64,000 nucleotides of DNA. It comes from Candidatus Marinacidobacterales bacterium. Lineage in GTDB: Bacteria; Acidobacteriota; Vicinamibacteria; Marinacidobacterales; DATDRI01. Shown one piece after another: positions 59,909-64,000 of the stretch. The notes beneath the pieces are model-generated. The model saw only the letters and a program-made list of their open reading frames with translations. It did no database searches and was not told the DNA's origin. The stretch is taken from the NCBI GenBank assembly GCA_965226495.1, contig OZ245365.1:1920001-1984000 (forward strand), written 5' to 3'. Position numbers and translations under genes: made by a program. Within the stretch, counting starts at the first letter, position 1, and the number at the start of each line of letters is the position of its first letter.

Positions 59909-61095
59909 GCGCTCCGCTGTCAGGGATCACGATTCTAGACCTCTCGCGTATTTTAGCGGGTCCTTACTGCACGATGGTCCTCGGGGATCTGGGTGCAGAG
60001 GTGTTAAAGGTCGAGCCTCCATACGGCGACGATTCTCGCGGTTGGGGGCCGCCGTTCGTCGAAGGGGAAAGTGCGTATTTCCTTGCCGTCAATCGAAACA
60101 AAAGGAGCATTTGTATCAATCTGAAGCGAGCCAGCGGCCGTGACCTCTTGCATCGGCTTGCCGGCAAGGCGGACGTCCTGGTGGAGAACTTCCGGCCCGG
60201 AACACTAGACCGTCTGGGCTTCAGCTACGAGACGATCCGAGCGACTCGCCCGGAGATCATCTATTGCTCGATCTCCGGTTACGGGCACAGCGGACGTCTC
60301 AAGCAGCGGCCTGGTTACGATGCGGTCATGCAGGGAGAAGGCGGGTGGATGAGCTTGACTGGCGAACCCGACGGTCCACCCCTGAAGCTGGGAGCCTCTT
60401 TGGCCGATATCTTCACCGGGACGATGGCGACGCAAGGAATCCTCGCCGCCCTTCACCAACGCAATACCACCGGGAAGGGACAGAAAATAGATGTCGCCCT
60501 GTTCGACAGCGTCTTGGCGACGCTTTGCTACCAGGCGCAGGGCTATCTCCTCACTGGCGAAAGTCCAGAGCGCTTAGGAAATAGGCATCCCTCCTTGTCT
60601 CCATACGAAACGTTCGAGACCTCCGATGGCTATGTGATAGTCGGTGTGGGTAACGACGCGCTCTGGCGTTCATTCTGTCGCGCGGTCGGAAGGCCCGATC
60701 TCGACGAGCCAGGTTTCGAGACCAACGCGCTTCGGGTCGAAAATTATGTCGAGCTCAAAAAACTCCTGGTGCCGATGTTCCTGAGTGGCTCCACCCAACA
60801 TTGGTTGGACGTGCTCGAGCCCGCGGAAATACCGGTGGGACGGGTGCGTTCGGTGCCAGAGGCTTTGTCCAATCCGCAAGCGGTCGATCGGCAGATGCTA
60901 ATCGAGGTAGAGCACCCCACCATTGGCCGAATGAGGATGACTGGCAACCCCATCAAAATGTCTGGCCTTCCGGACGTCCCCGCGCTTCCTCCTCCCCGGT
61001 TGGGACAACATACGGAGGAAGTGTTGTCGGAGAAACTAAACCTCAGCTCAGAGGAAATCGAAGCCCTTCGTGGGGAGGGTGCGCTGGGCTCGTGA
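59905..61095 (+). CDS. CaiB/BaiF class III CoA transferase
   Basis: LDLSRILAGP, NRNKRS, ENFRPG, PGYD, PPRLGQHT. Confidence 0.93.
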   Translation: MSAPLSGITILDLSRILAGPYCTMVLGDLGAEVLKVEPPYGDDSRGWGPPFVEGESAYFLAVNRNKRSICINLKRASGRDLLHRLAGKADVLVENFRPGTLDRLGFSYETIRATRPEIIYCSISGYGHSGRLKQRPGYDAVMQGEGGWMSLTGEPDGPPLKLGASLADIFTGTMATQGILAALHQRNTTGKGQKIDVALFDSVLATLCYQAQGYLLTGESPERLGNRHPSLSPYETFETSDGYVIVGVGNDALWRSFCRAVGRPDLDEPGFETNALRVENYVELKKLLVPMFLSGSTQHWLDVLEPAEIPVGRVRSVPEALSNPQAVDRQMLIEVEHPTIGRMRMTGNPIKMSGLPDVPALPPPRLGQHTEEVLSEKLNLSSEEIEALRGEGALGS

Positions 61096-62426
61096 TTCTC
61101 AACAACGCCAACGTCGTTACGTTCTGGGACTCTGAACCGTTCCTCAAAGGTGCGTTGGTCGCCATCGAGGGGAAGGTCATCGTCGATTTCGGCAGCGTGG
61201 GTAAGTTGGCCGACCGATACGACGACGCCGACACTCTCGACGTGGGCGGCCGGATCGTTATGCCCGGACTCATCAACGCGCACACTCATTTGGGCAGAAC
61301 TTTGACACGGGGGATGCCAATCAAAGGGGAAACACCGCGGACCTTTCAAGAGATGCAAGAAGCGCTTTGCTGGAAACCGGATCGGGCTTTGAGCGAGGAG
61401 GACGTCTATCTAGGTACGTTGATAGGGCTGCTGGACTCCGTCCGCGCCGGAGTCACCACTGTAATCGATCACCACTCCAGTCCGGCGGTGGTCCCCGGTT
61501 GCCTCGATTCCGTTTGGAAGGCGTTCTCCGAAGTCGGAGTTCGGGGAGCACTCTCATATGCCGTTTCCGATCGGGACGGCTCTAGGGTGAGTCAGGCCGG
61601 AATCGACGAGAACCGCCGATTCATCGAGCGGTGCAAGGCGGAGGGCTCGGAAATGATGAGCGGATTGTTCGGGCTGGAGGCGTCTCATGCTGTCTCCCAA
61701 CGGACTCTCGAGCAGGCCGTCGCTGCACACCGCGAGGTCGGCGGCGGTTTCCATGTACACGTAGCGGAGGATCGTGGCGATCTCGAGGCCACGCGTCGGG
61801 AGTACGGAGCGACACCGGTCGCGCGCCTGGCTGCTGCCGGCGTTCTGAACAAAGGAAGCCTGGCCGTCCACTGTGTTCACCTGGAAGACTCCGACTATCG
61901 TGAGCTAAAGGTGCGCGGTGTGCGCGCCGTGGTTTGCCCTCAGTCGAACGCGGCATCGGGTGTCGCCGCGGAAGGCACCGCCGATCTGGCCCGCCTTCGG
62001 GGCGCCGGTGTTTCGACCGTGCTCGGCACGGACGGAGTGACCGCCAGCGTGTTCGAGGAGTTCAGAGCGGCGGCGCTCATTCAGCGAGTGATGGGACTTC
62101 CTTCTTCGAGAGCGAAGAGGGAGGCGTTTCAGGCCACGTTCTCGGGCAACGGGTTACTGGCGGCCGAGCTCTTCGGGACGACACTCGGAAAGATCAAGCC
62201 TGGGGCCCGGGCCGACCTCGTGGTGTTGGATCATCAACCGGCAACGCCTCTCACGGTTGAGAATTTCGCGGACCACTTTTTTTTCGGCATGAGCCGAGCG
62301 CCGGTCTACGCCGTCGTTATCAACGGCAGGCTCGTTTTCAAGCAAGGCGTATTTCTCAACCTCGACGAGTCGCGGATTCGGGGCCGGGCCCGTCGAGCCG
62401 CCGAAGCCTTGTGGAAACGCACGTGA
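61092..62426 (+). CDS. SsnA/Atz-like metal-dependent amidohydrolase
   Basis: PGLINAHTH, GVTTVIDHH, HVHVAED, AVHCVH, LGTDG. Confidence 0.88.
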   Translation: MILNNANVVTFWDSEPFLKGALVAIEGKVIVDFGSVGKLADRYDDADTLDVGGRIVMPGLINAHTHLGRTLTRGMPIKGETPRTFQEMQEALCWKPDRALSEEDVYLGTLIGLLDSVRAGVTTVIDHHSSPAVVPGCLDSVWKAFSEVGVRGALSYAVSDRDGSRVSQAGIDENRRFIERCKAEGSEMMSGLFGLEASHAVSQRTLEQAVAAHREVGGGFHVHVAEDRGDLEATRREYGATPVARLAAAGVLNKGSLAVHCVHLEDSDYRELKVRGVRAVVCPQSNAASGVAAEGTADLARLRGAGVSTVLGTDGVTASVFEEFRAAALIQRVMGLPSSRAKREAFQATFSGNGLLAAELFGTTLGKIKPGARADLVVLDHQPATPLTVENFADHFFFGMSRAPVYAVVINGRLVFKQGVFLNLDESRIRGRARRAAEALWKRT

Positions 62427-62428
62427 AT

Positions 62429-62520
62429 AGAGGTGCCTTTCTCCGTTAATCCCTCTCCCTTTGGGAGAGGGCCTGGGTGAGGGCGAGAGGTGCCTTTCTC
62501 CGTTAATCCCGCTCCCCGCT
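62429..62520. repeat. Small REP cluster: 25-bp direct repeats around a CCCTCTCCC hairpin
   Basis: AGAGGTGCCTTTCTCCGTTAATCCC at 62429 and 62486; hairpin CCCTCTCCC-TTT-GGGAGAGGG at 62451-62471. Confidence 0.85.
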
Positions 62521-62668
62521 GCGGAGATTCCGGGCGTCAAAAGATGGCGTGCCGCTATCAGTCGAGCCAGACGGGCTTGCGTACGCTGTTGGCCGTCAAA
62601 ATACGCTGTGCCAAAGAAAAATGTGGCCAGACGGCGGGTGAGGGCGCGGTGTTGTTGGGAGACGCGGG

Positions 62669-63190
62669 CTACAACTCAGTAACGGTGACGACGATCTGAG
62701 CCGTCCAGCCATCGGGATCGTTGCCGTTGTTTCTTCCGTCGTGGGGCCAGTCCCGTCCCGCGCCGTTACGGCCGTCGATGGACCAGCCATCGTTATCGGC
62801 GTCGTTCAAGTAACGCCTGAGTCGTCCTGTGGTGTCATCGAACGCCGCGCGATAGTCCGCGTCCGTAAACTGGTCGTTCACGCGATCGATGGCGGCTTGA
62901 AGAGCCACTCGAGCCGCTTCGTTATTCAAGTTCGTCGCGCCGACGGAGTTGCTCAGGTTGTCGACTCCCAACAGTATTTGGCCGATGCGGGCATCGGTCG
63001 TAGTACCTCGACTCCACAGCGCGTCAGAGTCCGAGTTCCGGTAGACTGTGATCAGGGTGGTAATCTCGAACTGCGGTGCGGTCGAGGTCGGGGGCGGAGT
63101 CGTTGGGCTCGGACTCGTTGGACTGCTGTCGCTACCACAAGCAGCAAGTATGGCAACGGCGAGCAACGGGAGGATGGTGTGGATTCTCAT
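62669..63190 (-). CDS. Hypothetical lipoprotein
   Basis: Lipobox LAAC, Pro/Ser/Thr linker, Asp/Asn/Gly-rich C-terminus. Confidence 0.78.
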   Translation of the reverse strand: MRIHTILPLLAVAILAACGSDSSPTSPSPTTPPPTSTAPQFEITTLITVYRNSDSDALWSRGTTTDARIGQILLGVDNLSNSVGATNLNNEAARVALQAAIDRVNDQFTDADYRAAFDDTTGRLRRYLNDADNDGWSIDGRNGAGRDWPHDGRNNGNDPDGWTAQIVVTVTEL

Positions 63191-63276
63191 GGTGTCTAGC
63201 CTCATGTCAAAGAAGAAAGCTTAGCAACGGACAGAGGTTCTGTCAAAGTGAGATGTTAAATAGAGGAGGACAGCGA

Positions 63277-63561
63277 ATGGCGAAAGCGATGTGGAACGGC
63301 AAGGTCGTTGCCGAGTCGGACAAGACGGAAGTGGTCGAGGGGAATCAATACTTTCCTCCTGACTCTGTCAAAAAGGAATACCTGCAACCCAGCGATAAGG
63401 AAACCGTCTGTCCGTGGAAGGGGACGGCGAGTTATTACAATGTCGTGGTCGATGGGAACGTGAACGAGAATGCCGCTTGGTGTTACGCCAAGCCTAGGGA
63501 TGCCGCGAAGCGGTTCAAGGACTATGTGGCTTTTTGGAACGGCATCGAAGTAGAAACCTAG
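63277..63561 (+). CDS. DUF427 family protein
   Basis: WNGKVVAES, VEGNQYFPP, CPWKGTASYY, VAFW. Confidence 0.92.
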   Translation: MAKAMWNGKVVAESDKTEVVEGNQYFPPDSVKKEYLQPSDKETVCPWKGTASYYNVVVDGNVNENAAWCYAKPRDAAKRFKDYVAFWNGIEVET

Positions 63562-64000
63562 GAAGCCCCCCCGGACATCAATTTCTCTATACCATCGGCC
63601 GATCGGGGCAACTCTTTGGTAAACACCTCGTGACCGTCATTGGTGATCAGGACGACTTCTTCCACCGTAATGCGCCAACCCTTGTCGGGGATATAGAGAT
63701 GCAATTCGTAGGACATGACCTGTCCTGGACGAAGAGGAGAAGTGTAGTCCTCGTGAATATGCATGTTCATCCCCAAGTAGTGCCCCGAACGGCGTTTTCC
63801 GACCCGCTCGGCGAACCGTTCGGCGGGTCCGCGCAGCCAATCGGGTAGGCCGTCCAATCGCTCTTTCATGGTCTGGGCAGCCATCTCGCCAGCGCGCATG
63901 AACGGTACGCCGGGGCCCAGCGCCTCGAGTCCAGCCTCGTATGCGGCGAGGTAGGTTTCGTAGGCCAAGCGCTGTTCGGGGTTGAACCGACCGGAGACCG
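63558..64000 (-). CDS. M24 (Xaa-Pro) peptidase, C-terminal part
   Basis: GHYLGMNMH, LRPGQVMSYE, ITVEEVVLIT; runs off window end. Confidence 0.8.
   Translation of the reverse strand, partial: VSGRFNPEQRLAYETYLAAYEAGLEALGPGVPFMRAGEMAAQTMKERLDGLPDWLRGPAERFAERVGKRRSGHYLGMNMHIHEDYTSPLRPGQVMSYELHLYIPDKGWRITVEEVVLITNDGHEVFTKELPRSADGIEKLMSGGAS

Overview
64 kb of a GC-rich, diderm bacterial chromosome (Mla system, outer-membrane barrel; style resembles Acidobacteriota/Myxococcota-type genomes, which is inference only). The first ~11 kb is a decayed accessory zone: an IS1182-family element inserted into an IS30 transposase, an HNH/DUF222-like gene split by an 85-bp repeat, a collapsed indole-oxygenase/SDR remnant, a secreted-protein gene carrying several small insertions and duplications, and a Na/Pi cotransporter frameshifted by a 64-bp duplication. 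At 14.5-21.6 kb lies an extended SOS mutagenesis cassette (lexA, RHH protein, DUF72, imuA, imuB, dnaE2) with a probably leaderless sigma70 promoter holding a CACC-N7-CACC repeat. Directly downstream, diverged copies of the dnaE2 3' end (SRDFH/SRDFR motif) bracket two cargo islets, a cytochrome c fragment and a MerR/CueR-type regulator with its partner. This is the most unusual structure in the window. The rest holds a frameshifted sulfatase-like gene, an orphan DsrH/E/F-like trio, speA, amino-acid and branched-chain catabolism genes, ispH with a divergent ferredoxin, uvrB-mlaEFD, a K+ channel with an internal stop, and a pyrimidine-catabolism cluster containing a TIGR03842-type LLM oxidoreductase. 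No rRNA, tRNA or CRISPR array was seen. All family assignments come from motif recognition by eye, not from database searches.
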